Translations under genes and position numbers: made by a program
Assembly (NCBI GenBank): GCA_030265395.1
Contig: JARFYF010000001.1
Coordinates: 98,165,836 to 98,229,835, forward strand
DNA length: 64,000 bases
Direction of reading: 5' to 3'
Source: Rhina ancylostomus
Lineage: Eukaryota
Notes under the pieces: model-generated
Database searches by the model: none
Told to the model about the DNA's origin: nothing
The model's input: only the letters and a program-made list of their open reading frames with translations
Shown: positions 35,401 through 49,290 of the stretch, one piece after another
Layout: every line of letters starts with the position of its first letter
Numbering within the stretch: position 1 is the first letter of the stretch

Positions 35401-36304
35401 CAAGTCTGGAATCCTAGAAAGTCTTTTTGTTCAGCTGTGGATAATCTGAGAAGTATCAATATGTCCATGAAGGTGGGTGGTTAAGATAGAACATAATATG
35501 ACAAAGGTTGCCTCTAGTTTAATATACAGGGATTTTAGGCAGATTTCTTTGCCTATCTGGCTGGGAGAATTTTTCTATTTTGATTTCCACCAACTCCAGT
35601 GGGGAAAAAAGGGATCAATTGCAATGATCCTGGAATTAGCTAACTTCTGGGAAGTTCAAGTGAAGCACTTTGGGACTATGATAATGGTGCTCTACGGCTA
35701 CAGGCAAGGAAGAAGCCCAAATAATGACCATTTGGATAAGAGGCTGCAGGTTACTTGGTGCTGCAGAATATCTGCAACAAGTAAAAAAATTCAGCATGGT
35801 TCATGAACTAACATACACAGGATTGATGTAACCTGCTCTGAAAATCAGTTCTTTCCTGTAATGAGGATGTTGTGGAACAGATTTCCCAACACACAACAGT
35901 AAGGAATCCTGCGAACAGACAAGGGATACTACCCCTAGTTTTGGTTCACTGAAATCATTGTGGGGATCGGATGTCGTGATGGGCATGGCTTCTCACTGCA
36001 AGTACAGCCCTATTCAAGGCAAATGTGGAAATCTATTCTATTCTCCAAAAACATCATCATTTAATTAGCAAATAAAGAATCAAGATATATTTTTGTATTT
36101 GTTGAGGAAAGTTCTGTTTTGACTTTCTACTTTGATTGAATTAACTGTTGTAACCAAATAAATAAACGTGAATTTCTCTCCCAGGACAAATGTGTATTTA
36201 TCAACACTATGTTAGACATATCATTGAATTTGCAGATTCCTGGAATAACCTTTACAGAAGTCACTTCCTCACAAAGTTTGTTGTCACCCACAAATTAATA
36301 TTAA

Positions 36305-36665
36305 TATTCCCGCCGCTGCCTGTAAGGAGTTTGTACGTTCTCCCGTGTCTGCGTGGGTTTCTTCCGGGTGCTCCGGTTTCCTCCCACATTCCAAAAGACG
36401 TACGGGTAGGTTAATTTGGGGTTTAAAATGGGCAGTGTGGACTCATTGGGCCGGAAGGGCCTGTTACCACNNNNNNNNNNNNNNNNNNNNNNNNNNNNNN
36501 NNNNNNNNNNNNNNNNNNNNNNNNNNNNNNNNNNNNNNNNNNNNNNNNNNNNNNNNNNNNNNNNNNNNNNGGTTAATTTGGGGTTTAAAATGGGCAGTGT
36601 GGACTCATTGGGCCGGAAGGGCCTGTTACCATGCTGTAAATAAAATTAAAAAAAAAAATTAAAAA
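36305..36665 (+). mobile_element. 5'-truncated V-SINE with a CR1-like tail and A-rich end
   Basis: V-domain ctgtaaggagtttgtacgttctcccgtgtctgcgtgggtttcttccgggtgctccggtttcctcccac, then the tail gggccggaagggcctgttacc..aataaaattaaaaaaa. The tail is duplicated across the gap. Confidence 0.85.
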
Positions 36666-37504
36666 TGATCAGAAGCACTTGAATCCATATCATGAATATT
36701 CTAATTCATGGGGCAGCCCCAGAACAACAAACTCTGAAAGTAGCCTTAATAAAATTTAAGCTAATTGTAACCATCTACTGCAATTACCATGACCATTTAA
36801 ATCCAACCAGCCAGTTTGCTGTAAGTGCCATCTGTTTATCTTCGTAAAAACCTCTCAATAGAATAAAAGAGCATTGAGCAGAAGCAAATGAATAGCCTGA
36901 TGGACTGAATACTTCCCTTTGTTGTTGTACAATTTAGTAAGAATATGTTCACTCACCTTCAGTACCTATTCAAAGTTGAAACTCTTACTTATCCCTTCAG
37001 AGATATTGGTTTTCATTGTTGGCTAATTAAATCCATGGGGATGTCACCCAACAATGACACTGATGGTATGATGCAAAAGAATGTCATGGTTATCTCAATC
37101 CAGTGAAATGCAGATAGTTTTCAGTTGTGTTTGTGACACATCTAGCTCTCTAATATTCTCAATGAGTATATTGGAGAACAACATTCAGGCTCCATGTCAC
37201 AGTTATCTTCTCTAAATGTTTTCAGCAAGCAAGACCTGAATAGGCATAAGCTGCAGAGTTGGATGGGTTTTCTAATATTTATGTTGGGAGATGATATATC
37301 ACCTGCTGTAGTGGGCAGGTCCTTACCTGTGCAATGTAATTAAAAGAACAATGGGCATTAGATATTGGACTGGCTCCTGTTGGAGGAAGGTGGGATAATT
37401 TTATGCTTTAAATTCTACTGTTTGATGAAAAAAATTAACTGTAACTGAAAAAACACATATTTAAGATGTGGTTAAGACATATTTAAGACAATTTGGGGGG
37501 GGGG

Positions 37505-37745
37505 CTGTCAGAGTTAAGCTTTTTACACAGTGGTGGGTGCGTGGAACACACTGCCAGCAGAGGTGGTGGTGGCAGATACATTGGAGACATTTAAGAGGAT
37601 CTTAGATCGGCACATGAATGATAGAAAAATGGAGGGCTATGCGGGAGGGAAGGGTTAAGTAATTCATAGAGCAGGATAAAATGCGGGCACAACATCTGGG
37701 ACGAAGGTCCTGTACTGTGCTGTAATGTTCTATGCTTAAGATGTT
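37505..37745 (+). mobile_element. CR1-type LINE 3' end
   Basis: gtggtgggtgcgtggaacacactgccagcagaggtggtggtggcagatac...gaaggtcctgtactgtgctgtaatgttctatg. Confidence 0.85.
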
Positions 37746-40700
37746 TTAGATCCATATAGACAATTGAAACTGCTCTACGCATTGTATTTATATTCATAAA
37801 ATCTCCTGTATATCCGGTTACTTTGGGAGATAATGAATATACTTAATGATTACCATACAGATATTTTCTAGTTACTTCTAGAGAACTGTGAACTGTTCTG
37901 GAGTAACGTAACCCAAACAACTTCAGATTAAGGTTTGAATTATAAAAGGTGCTTCAGATAGATACATGGGGCAGGCTTCATCAAGTTTCAGTTTTTAAGC
38001 ATCAAGCAATATATATCAAGTGAGCACCAGGTCCTATAACAAATTGGATCCTGAGATTATTCAAAGGCTGAACCACTACCAATACTGATCACTGTGTACT
38101 GACTTTGAACTTGGAGTTTAATTATACGTTCTGACTTTCTTCACTGTACAACTTCCAGTGGGTATACTGCATGACTATGAGAGGCGACCACAGGGTTATT
38201 TAAGAATCAAACCAGGGAGTGTGAATGGACACCCTTAAAAAACATTACAAGATGTATGCAAACAGGTACATACAAAATTCAATGTAATAAAAGGCATATT
38301 AAATCAATATACTCCATGATGGATCAAAGGAAAAAACAAAGGAGGAAAGTGACTAAACCTGCAGGTAAAAACAAGAGTATAACCATTAAATCAAATACAA
38401 TATGAGAAAGAAGCAAGTTAACTAAATTATTATGGATTCCAAGTTAAAATTTGAAAGGGACATTGCAGTAGGTGCATAATTCTATCAAAATTGTATAAGC
38501 AAAAGGGTAGGGGAAGTTAAAATTCTAGATTAATTAAACATTTGATTTCAATATTAAAAATGCTGAGTGGCCATTGCTTTGAGATTAATAAACAAGAAGA
38601 TTGAAGTATAAGATGTACATTCTCTGCAATTTTACCTGAAGCAGAACTAGTCTGAAATCCCTATGGCATGGGAATTACGTCGTAGTTATCAAGAGCAAGG
38701 ATTTGTTAAATACTGATGTACCTTTAAAGGGTCTCAGTTAACACTGCGTGAAGTACATATGAATTTGGAAAAACAGTGATCATATTCAAGTGACAGATCT
38801 ATAAATGGTTCACGAGTGGAGATTATTTGCCTGATCTCAATAGTAAATGCAACAATTTGCATTGTTATATTGTGTCCTTAACAAAATTATTCTGCATCAA
38901 TTTACCAACAGGCAAAATGAGACTCAAGGGGAGACTGGAACAGCCAGATGGAAGAGATGGAGAGGTGCAGACATGGAGAGGCTTCAACCTGTAGTTCTAA
39001 AAAGTAGGATAGAGTGTGAAAAATTTGTTTTTGCATAGAGGATTGTGAGATTGTAGAATGCACAAGCAAAATTAGTGATTTAAACAGAGACAGGTCTCTG
39101 ATTCTTTTCATGATTGAAGCCGCCCCACTTTTGTGCCTACCCTCTGTGAGCTATGCCACTATCCTCCATGTGGATCGTTTGAGCTCACTGAATGCTTGGT
39201 GGTAAAATCCATTGTTTAGAAAGCATAATTATTACCCACTTTACCTACCTACCTTTCATTTTTGACTACTGCTTCCCAAAAGTCATAATTGTACACAAAG
39301 TGGAAATGAGGGACTGAGCAAGTAATGTTTAAACTTGTTTTGCTTCCTACTGTAGAATAATTGACGAATACCTCAGAACAGAACCTTTAATTACAGTATA
39401 GAGAGGTCCCTTGGTTTTGATTTCCATGACTTAATTAAACCATGTAAAGGAAAGGTATTTTATGCACATCACACAAGAGTGCAGAATCTAACAGCTAAAA
39501 AGAACTAAAAATAATGTAAATAAAAACAGCACCAAGATATTTTACATTAGATAAATTAGCTACTAGCTACTGCAGCTTAATGTCAAATCACTATCAGATA
39601 TCAGCTAAAGCATGCTGACCATTAAACAGATTAGGGGGTCATAAATTACATGCAATTGCAGTTTGGTACATTGGAATTCTCTTCTTGGACATATTTGTCT
39701 GAAGTCAACAGGACTTAACAGGTTTCTGCAATTCTGTTTGTTCCCATTTATGGGCAAGAATTAGTTAAAAAAACTCACAAATGTGTGAAAAACAGAGACT
39801 CTGATTTTATACACCACCTAGTGACGGTTTACAAAGTTATTGCACTTTAATTATTACTGATTTGATCTAACTCTTTCTGTTTTAAGGGAATATATTTTGT
39901 GTCACATCAAGTAATTTCACAAACTGAATTTCTCCCGTGAGTGTGCGTCATGTGATTTATATATCTAAACACTAGCTTAAGAAACAAGATACATGTATAG
40001 TTCTAATCTGCAATAGAAATAACAATAAACTACACTTTCAACATATTTCAGCAATACTGAACATTCTGCATATGCATGAGACCTAGACAAGGAATGATTC
40101 AGAATTATATTCATCTTGCCCTAGTCCTGGAAAAGTCAACAGTTGTTAATCTGCACTTCTAAACTGGGATAATCATATAACAACTTTGCATGAATACATA
40201 GGAATAAAACAGGATGTATCAAATTTGACAGCTCCAAGTCAAAAGGCTTGCTTGACAAGATATTTAGAGTGAGGCGATGTTACACAGTTTGCATTGAAGA
40301 AGCTTGTATGAACCCATTCTTCCTCTGTAAGGGCAGTCAGGTAGATATTCCGAGCCTTTATCCACGTCACTCTATAATATAATTTCAATCAGGGATGTTG
40401 TCTTCTTTCATGTCTTTCCTCCTTTCACCCTGGCCCAAAAAGAAAAAAGTGAAACCCATAGCTTTGCAGAACACAAAAAGCATGAAGATAAAGTACCGGA
40501 AATGGAATGGTGGATAATAACAAAAACAAGTCCATGCTAAGAAATCCAATCTTAAAATCATTCACACTGCATTTGTCATGCAAACATTTGTTAGTGTGCC
40601 ATCATTACTTGGACCTGACTATACCCTTTTTGTTATGAATATTAACGCTGTGAAATGAAAATTTAAACAACTTCTCTGTGTCGACTCCTTTCTGGCAGCA

Positions 40701-42049
40701 CAACAGCACAGATTTTTTTGCTGGAATGGGACATCTCATGGCCTGTTCCATTAGTTTCCCCTTCACCCTTCAGCTTGAAGATGTTTTGCAATGCAAATAG
40801 CTGGAGGAGCATGCTGATTTTGGCACACTAGTGACAGTGCGATTATTGGCACATTACGGCAAGGGCAAGACCAACAGTCTAATCCAACAGGGATTTAAGG
40901 ATGGAATAAAAACGGAGCACCTCAGAGAAGAAAATAGCACGAATTAAAATCAAAGTATGAACAGAAATTGAAAGAGAAAGGGAAAAGAAAGAAAAGCAAA
41001 AACTTTTTCCAATTTTGAAAAGTTCCAACAATTTAATGACTGCAAGAGTAAGACTGCACAATTTTAACTCTTTCTTTTCTCCATAGGGTAGCTGGAGCAG
41101 CATTACAGGAAGATAAATCTCATGAAAATAAAGCACTTAAGCTATCAAATAACAGATCTGCTTTTCATTGTGCTTCATATTTTGCGAGTGGACAGCTCCA
41201 AGACATTACAACATTAGTAGAGTTTGATTATAAACGTAGCATTTTCATGAAACTTTCAGGAGCATGAGGGAGAGTTGACATTTTTGCAAGGCAGTGTGAT
41301 TCAAATTGGCCAACAATTGTGCAATATCTCTTCCTTTCCACAGAAAACTGGGAGATTTATGTTTATCACATACATATTAACAACATGCAACAAAACCCAG
41401 GCCAATGCACTTCAACTCAACCCAATCTTCATTCTTATTTCTTTGAGTAAGCACAAACAATTTGTGACGAGTTAAGGCTCATTTTAAATTGTAGGTGCCC
41501 AAAAGAAACTGGAATGATTCAACATGAATTCTTTTCAAGACAGAACCCTTCACTTTGAGAAGTTAAAATGCAAATATTGACTTTGTTTTCTGAAAAAAAT
41601 GTTCTCCTCTTTATAATCCTGATATCCTTAACACAAAAAAAAACAAGATCAATCCAGTGTGAGTAATGATAATGGTGAGATATTGAGGGTAGTTAATTAA
41701 TAACATATGCAAGCTTTCAGATTTCCAATATTACATTGAATTATTTTGTCTATTGCCACTGTTCTCAAACCATTAATCTTTGTTCCACATGGTAATAGCT
41801 ATTAATTTTTTTGAATACTAGGTTTATAAGCATTATACATGGAATTATGAAATTGCTAAGGATTAAGGGACAGAACTTTGGCAAGTAAATTTCAATAATG
41901 TGTAATGCCATCCACTTTGTGGACTTAAAAGATGGAACAAATTACTTTCTTTGGGGAAAAACTGAAGTGAAGGGAAGGTTGAAACTGATGGAAACTGTAA
42001 CATTGACTCATGCAATAGGAATGTTAAAACACATTTATTGGACAGATGT

Positions 42050-43005
42050 ACTAAATTTCTTTCAAAATAAGATTAAAATTCATATTCTATATTTACTGCT
42101 GGAAAGATCAAGGCATTAGGGGTTATGGGGAACTGAGCACAAGTTGAGGCCCGCATAGATCAGCTATGATCACAATGAATGGCAGGGCAGGTTTGAGGGG
42201 CTCGGTGGACTAGTCCTGCTCCTATTTTCTTGTGTTTTAGTGTTTGGGTCACCCTTTTAAAAGCACAAGAAGACCACAGAGAAAATCTTAGCTCATTAGA
42301 ATTTCTTAGACAGGCATGGAAGATAACTAAAGAGGCTAATGTAATTCTGATCTCTATACCTAGAAGACTAGAATTTAAATTCTAACATCTAAAACTGCTT
42401 CACAAAATCCTTTACTCTCATATCTGGATTATTAATTAATTTCCAGAGGGTACACTTTAAATTACAGCTGAACGAAGCCCTGGTTAGACCATAGCTAGAG
42501 TATTGTGTTCGGTTCTAAGCACCGCACCTTAGGAAGGATATACTGAATCTGAAGTGAGTGCAATGTAGATTTACAAGAAAGATTCCTTGCCTTCAAAGGC
42601 CGAATTGCAAGGAGTGAGTACACAAACTAAGGTTGCAACTCTGGGAATTTAGAAGACTGGGGACTAACTTAATCAAAGTTTTCAAGATATTAAGAGAAAC
42701 TGAGAAGATAGATGGGGAGAAAATATTTCTGATGGTTAAGTTGCCTCAGCTGGAGGACAGGAGTTTAAAATTTTGAATCTGGCTTTTCAGGAATAATGCA
42801 AGGAAACATTTCTACATGCAAAGGGTTGGGAGAGTTAGATGCTCAGTCATTGGTTAAATTTAATCTGACTTTGAAGGACTTCTGTATATATTAAGGAATG
42901 CAGGACAAAATGGTAAATGGAATTGTCATAGATCAGTCACAATCACATTGAATACCACAAGAAATTCAAGATACTAAATGCCTAGCTCTGTTCCTATGTT
43001 TTGAG
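42050..43005 (+). mobile_element. Two decayed CR1-type fragments
   Basis: A CR1 3' UTR at ~42100-42240. ctggttagaccatagctagagtattgtgttc (LVRP.LEYCV) at ~42480 is followed by ORF2-end motifs. Confidence 0.7.
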
Positions 43006-43669
43006 TCCCAGAGCTGAAAGGTTCATGATGTCTAGTCCAGCAGCGGTTAGTTCCCCTCCCAAGTTATTCCTCAATAAATGAAGCCAGCATTTATACCGGT
43101 GCCATTTAAACTCAGAACTGCCCAAATGCACTACTTTAATTCTTTTCCTTAATTAATTTGTTAAAGCATGCATCCAGTAGGAATGCATCAAGTAAAAATT
43201 TGTCAGCCTTGATGCAGAATGCAGAATTCAAGCTAATAGATTTTAATGTTTTAAGTATACATAATATAAATTATAGAACAGAAATAAGGAAAAGGCTGTT
43301 CCTAAAGAAAATAAGAACGTTGGTTCATCTGATGTTAGAATGTGAAACTGCAGACATCTACTGAAGAGATGCACTAAATCTATTTCCAAAATAAAATTAG
43401 GATTTGTATTCTTTATTTGTTACTGGATTTTAGGCAACCTTTCGCAATTATGTTACCTAATCACAAGAGAAGATTGCAAAGAAATTGATCATAAATGGAA
43501 CTGTTTGTAACAGATGGTACCTTTTGGGGTTAGTATTCAATTTGCAATATTTTGGTCATTTTTGGCCTCCACATTTCACATGTATGCTTGTTATTCGTGC
43601 TCTGTCGTATTAATCTCTTTTTAAAATTATTTTTCAATAAGGTTTTTTTTTAGGTCTACAGTGATTTAA

Positions 43670-45160
43670 TATGAGTATCTAACGAGTTCAGTAAAACTGA
43701 GGCCCAAGGAACAAAAGGGTCAGCAGCAGTCTGGATAAGAATTTGGCTAGGTCAGATAGACAGGAAGGAGAGTTGTGGTAAGCTGTTTTCACACCATTTG
43801 ATGGTAGAACTGTGATGTTCCCTTGGGACAATGCCAGGAACACTTTAATGTACATTAATTTCTTGGTTATGGGTATGCAGGGAAAATGTCAAAATATGTA
43901 AATGAGTAGCAGTAAACAAAGAGGAGGAGACTGATAGAGAACCAATAAGCTGCTGGAGGAACTCAGCGGGTCAGGCAGCATCTATTGAAGGAAATGGACA
44001 GTTGACGTTTCGGGTCTAGACCCTTCATCAGAACTAATCCACAGATACTGCCCCAACCTGCTGAGTTTCCTCCAGCAGCTCTTTTTTTTGTTCTAGATTC
44101 CAGCATCGGCAGTCTCTTGTGTTTCCATCATGGAGAACATACATAGGTTCACAGAACAGGAACAAGTAGTTAACTGGAAGACAGAATTTAATACAAAGAA
44201 GTGCAAAATGATGCACTTTAGCAGAAGGAACAGACAATATAGGCTACAAATGGCATACTTTTAAAGATTATGCAGGAACAGAGGGGTGAATTTGTGCATA
44301 AATTTTTAAGTGGCAGAACATACTAATAGAGTGGTTTGGAAAGCATCTGGGATTCCAGGCTTCATAGAAGGGATAAATATACCAGAGCAGGGAAGTTATG
44401 CAGAATTATTGTGCAACACTGGTTAGGTCACAAATGTGACATTGCATCCAATTCTGGACACCTCACATTAGGAAAGAAGGTTCTACAGAGGGTGCAGAAA
44501 AAATTTACTCAAACGGTTCTTGTGGCAGGGATTTCAGCCACATTTAGACTGGAAAAGCTGGAGCTATTCTCCTTGCAGCAAAGAATGTTGAGTGGAGGAA
44601 AATCAGAAAACCACGGATGTTAAATATCTGAAATGAAAGCAGCAAATGGTGAAAACATTCAGCAGGTCAGGCAGCAATGGTGGAAAGAGAAACAGTTAAC
44701 ATTTCAGGGCTAGGACCCTTTATCATTTCCGATGAGGAGTCCCTGACCTGAAACGTTAACTGCTTCTCTTTCCACAGATGCTGCCTCACCTGCTGAAGGT
44801 TGAATGAAGATTTGATAGGAATGTACAAGATCGTTACTGCTTTAGCTAAGAGAAAAAGAGAGAAGCTGTTCCCACTAGCAGATGGTTCAATGACCAACAA
44901 AAACAGATTTTAAGTTACGGACAAAAGATGTAAGGGATGATGTAAGGGATGATTTTTTAATTCAATGGTTATGATTCACTGTTGGCAAGGATGGTGGAAA
45001 GAGATTCAATCTGGACTTTCAATAGGGAACTGAATAGGCAGTTGAGGAAACATAATTTGCAAGGTCAGAGGGAAAGAGCAGCAAATGGAATTGAATGGGT
45101 TGTGTTAAAAGGAGCCAGCACTCACTGGGATAAATGGCATCTTTCTGTGCTGAAACCACA
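43670..45160 (+). mobile_element. Decayed CR1-type LINE with two nested self-complementary Penelope-derived short elements (~43935-44125 and ~44615-44800)
   Basis: CR1 motifs (KCKMMHFSR, LQRVQKKFT, RLEKLELFSL) are interrupted by tgctggaggaactcagc...gctgagtttcctccagca-type inverted-end elements. Confidence 0.7.
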
Positions 45161-47994
45161 TTTGACAAGCAGCGTAGGCCTGGAACCACCTGGTAATAGG
45201 GCATTCCTAGGTTGGAAGGAATGATGGATAGAGGTCAATCAGCCATGGTATTCATTGCTGAACACTATCCTAGTGACCTCCTGCTGTGAGGTCAAGATTG
45301 GGTTTGGCTATAACAGTGGTCCAATTGACTGCAATATACTGCTGAGGCTCAAAAGAGGAATAAGCCATACTTAGGTCTGGTACTGGAGGGCACTGGCTTC
45401 CATGAAACCATACTCAAGGCCTTCAAAAGAAAAGGGAATGGGAGTAATCAGTCAAGTTAAGAAGTAAACAAACTGGGATGATTCATTACAGTGTTAAGTA
45501 AGGTTTAATGATCAATTGCTGAAACAGATGACCCAAGCTGCTGTTTATAGTGAAGCCACATTTAAACAATAAGAGGAAAGGCAGACACCAAAGAAACTAA
45601 ACTTTTTTTCTCAAAATCTGTAACAATCCACGACCATTTAGAGTTACTGTTTAAAAGAGTACAGAATTCGGAGCACCTTCTCATCTGACAGTTCGATTGG
45701 TCATATCCCCAACAGCTTTAAGAGGAAAACAGTAACTAGATATCCAAAAGGGTTAAGTCTTGGTGAGTCCTTGGCTTAAAACAAACCAGTATCCAAGACA
45801 CGATAGACAGCTTCTTGTTACCTCATTTGCATTAAACAGTTTCACAGCAAATGCACATATTCGTCAAAATTGAGATTATTTGTTCTGAAGAAAAGTTATT
45901 TCTAGCAAAAAATAGGACAAGTTACAGAGCTATCCAGAAAGAGGTTAAAACATAGCAATTTCCAAATCAACTCTTTTGAAGCTTTCCTCCTTCATAATTG
46001 ATGATCATGGGATAGAAGAGAATTTTAACACAAGCCCTTCAATGCATCTGAGCTAAGTTTCAGAAGGAAGAACCAAATTAAGATCATATCTATTGAATAA
46101 ACTGACACACATTTCTGTTTCTTTATCTATTTCTCTTGACTGGATAAGTCAACACACCATGTAAAACCGAGCTATTCATTTGGTTTTATTCCATTAGCAG
46201 TCTCAACACATCCTCTAAACACTTACATGGTTGTAAACTACATGAATGCAACTTTCTGAGGCAAAGGCACTTCACTGGCATTCTGAAGAGTTCTTTTATA
46301 ATTGTACAACACTTGTCTTTGCAAAGGAGTCATGGTGCACTTCTCTGAGGTTTGGCTATTTTATATTTGTTCATTATTAAGCTCTCAACTTCTCAACAAA
46401 CATCACTTGCACATAAAATTGCGATGATTTATCAAAGGAGAAGTCTGGGTTAGGATTAGGCTCAGTCTCAGAAAGTACCAAACATTTAACTGCATTAACT
46501 GCGGTATAGAAGACTTACACTTAGCTCTATTTATAAAACAGACCAGTAAAGAGGCACAGCAGACAGCAACTTACAAGTTTGCGATACTTGGACCTTACAG
46601 AACACATCTTCTATAAAAAGCAGTTATAGTGTTTAATAAAACAGTTACAATCAATAGCTGGCAAGTAAGTCAAGAGGTTCATTTAAGCACAGTAACTTCA
46701 GGATAAATTAAGATCAGAAAGCACTGAGGTTTTCATGTTTATTTCAAAAAGTCAGTGGCATTGTTACCATGACAAATGTTTGATACTGTAGAGCAAGTAA
46801 AATATATCCAAAATCTTTCACTGGTTGAGTTTTATGGTTAAAAAGATGGAAGGTATTTTGCCCTGAATGGGGGGAAAATGAGCATACAGGGATGGAAAGG
46901 AAACTTATTAGCACACCTTTTACTTTGGCTACAGAAGATTCAGTGCTGACTTTGGATGGAGGGAGAGGGATAAGCAAAATATGAAAAATAACAGAATAAT
47001 GCTCTCACAATAAGCATTTATTTTAAAAGTTGCAATTAGTTTGCTCCAGTTCCATAAATAATGAAGTTAACGGTGAAATTATTAGGATGAAGTCTAACGC
47101 TTACAATGCACATTCTGATCACAGTACAATAGTTACCCAAGCTCAGAGACAGAATTGTATTGACCTTCAGGCAATACTTACTTTTAGGAATTCCAAATCT
47201 CAATTCATGCTTTTCTGATGGATACTGGACCAATTTTCAGAAACAATTACTCAAAGTGAAACTTTTGCTGAGTACATGGACCTAAATGATACAACAAAAA
47301 GGCAGCATAAAACATTCATGGTCATGCAGTTACATAACTGGAAGTTTGCCAAATTGGAACCCTAAGTTGCATTCCTACCTTTGAACAAGTAAATTCAGTT
47401 GTAGCATCTACAGCTTGGAACTTCATTCCTTCAATTTTTACATTACCCACTCAGAATCCCGATCTCATTATCTATTACTTTGACATGAAACAAAATGGAT
47501 ATCGTAACTGAGATCTTAATTAGCCAATTTAAATGAAGATAAAGAATTTCAGGCCTTTTTAAAATTATGCAAAATATCATAATTTTTCTCACTTTTCTAT
47601 GCTTCTTTGGGATTGAGGATGACTTGCTTCCACTTTGTTTTCTTTGGGTTTGAGGTGGCCATTGGCAGCCTTTTCTACGGATGGGGTAAATGGTGCCTGT
47701 TGAGGCAGATGGGTGGGTAGCTTCAAGGTGGTGTACTCTTTCTGCTACTTAGGTTGGGTTTCTGTGAGCTCACAACACATGGACTTGAGGTTCCCAATAA
47801 CATTCCAAATGCTACTTCACCACTTTTAGTGGTCATGGACAAGAGATTGCTGAGAGTTGGTGGAGATGTTACATTTCTTCAAGTAGGCTTTGAACACATA
47901 CTTGAATCATTTTTTGGTGTCTGCCTGGTAATCTCTCCCATGACAGAGCTCAGACCAACAAATGCCAGTAAAGATAATCTCCTACAGAAGTAAC

Positions 47995-48383
47995 ACACTA
48001 AAACAGAGCAAAGTTTTATTTTTTAAATTAATTAATCAAAGCTTAAAATAAATGATTTCATTCTTCTGCCGAGTACAAAACTTTGAATTGAACTTCCAGT
48101 GCCAGAATTTTTCCCTTCTCTTGACCTAGAGAAAAGAGCTTGGATGTTAGGAAGATTAAACTATCTATAAAGTCTTGACACAGATGGGGATGTTGATAAT
48201 GAGAGGTACGTGTCTGTAGTTCTTGGCTGCTCACAGAAGTGTGTTGCTGAAGTAAAGCAGAAACACTGAATGTGTTTTTCTAAAGAGGTATTATGGTGAC
48301 CCAGGGCAGCAGGAGTTCAGCTAAAGTTCAGGAGAGATGTTGCCAGGAGTTAGCACTGCAGGAAGGCAAAATTACTTCCGGAT
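47995..48383 (-). other. CDIN1: CDIN1 3' UTR with a candidate poly(A) signal at 48015-48020
   Basis: TTTATT on the + strand (AATAAA on -) lies about 365 nt after the stop codon. The UTR end is inferred. Confidence 0.55.
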
Positions 48384-48537
48384 TCACCTCTTCTTTCCAC
48401 TGTCAATGCTGGCTGTTGTGTGGTGGAAGGTTATAATGTCTTCAGGGAAGCAATCCTTTAATAATATTCCACGTTCACGATGACAATCCAACCCCTCAAT
48501 AAATCCACACCAGTAGATCACTAATCCGGGTCCAAAT
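48384..48537 (-). CDS. CDIN1: CDAN1-interacting nuclease 1 (C15orf41) last coding exon
   Basis: Acceptor atctaattttcAG, then (R)[37 protein letters not shown]...*. This matches the CDIN1 C-terminus ([25 protein letters not shown]) and its known position convergent with MEIS2. Confidence 0.93.
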
Positions 48538-48689
48538 CTGAAAATTAGATGTAAAAGATTCTTTTTAAATTGCATTCAGAAAACCTGGCTGTATTAATTA
48601 AATTAATTTCACCTGGCTGTATTATTTACAATTTCCATTTAAGTATCTGTACATTGAAGGTGAAAGCTTTGTCAAAGTGAAAATACACA

Positions 48690-49290
48690 AATTGTTGTGC
48701 CATGACAAACCATGTGCTGTATTGACGATTTCCAGGAGGTATTGATAAGGTGCTGCATCTAATGTTATTGTAGAAAATAAAAGCTCATGATTTTAGCTGA
48801 AAACTTCATTGGCATGAATAGAAGATTGGCTGACTATCAGGAAACTGAGAAAGTCATTGCAAGAAAATTGACTGGATTAAAAACCAAAATGTTATTCATG
48901 AGGAAAATTGAACAGGGTGGGCTTCTATTCACTGGGTTTTGGGAGAAAGAAATATGATGTGATTGAAGAATGTCCTGAGTGATCTTGACAGGATGGATGT
49001 GGAGAGGATGTTTCCTTTTGAGGGAGGATCCAGAATTAGGAGTCACTGTTCTAGAATTTTTTTCTCTCACAGGGTTGTGAATTGTTGAACTCCTTTCTGC
49101 AAAGGGTGGCAGAAGCAGAATCTTTGGATATTTTTAAGTTAGACTCTTGACAGGTCAGTGGATGAAGGATTACTGATTGGCAGGACTGCAGCTGATACAA
49201 GAACATATGAATTAAGAGCAGGAGAAGGCCACTCAGCCCCTCCAGCCTGCTTTACCATTCAATAAGATCATGGCAGCTCTGATTGTAATC
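48690..49290 (+). mobile_element. Decayed CR1-type fragments
   Basis: gatttccaggaggtattgataaggtg (DF..AFDKV-like) and ggatgtggagaggatgtttcc. Confidence 0.6.

Noticed and set aside
36409-36630. Duplicated SINE tail
   Set aside because: Identical sequence on both sides of a 100-N gap; assembly artefact
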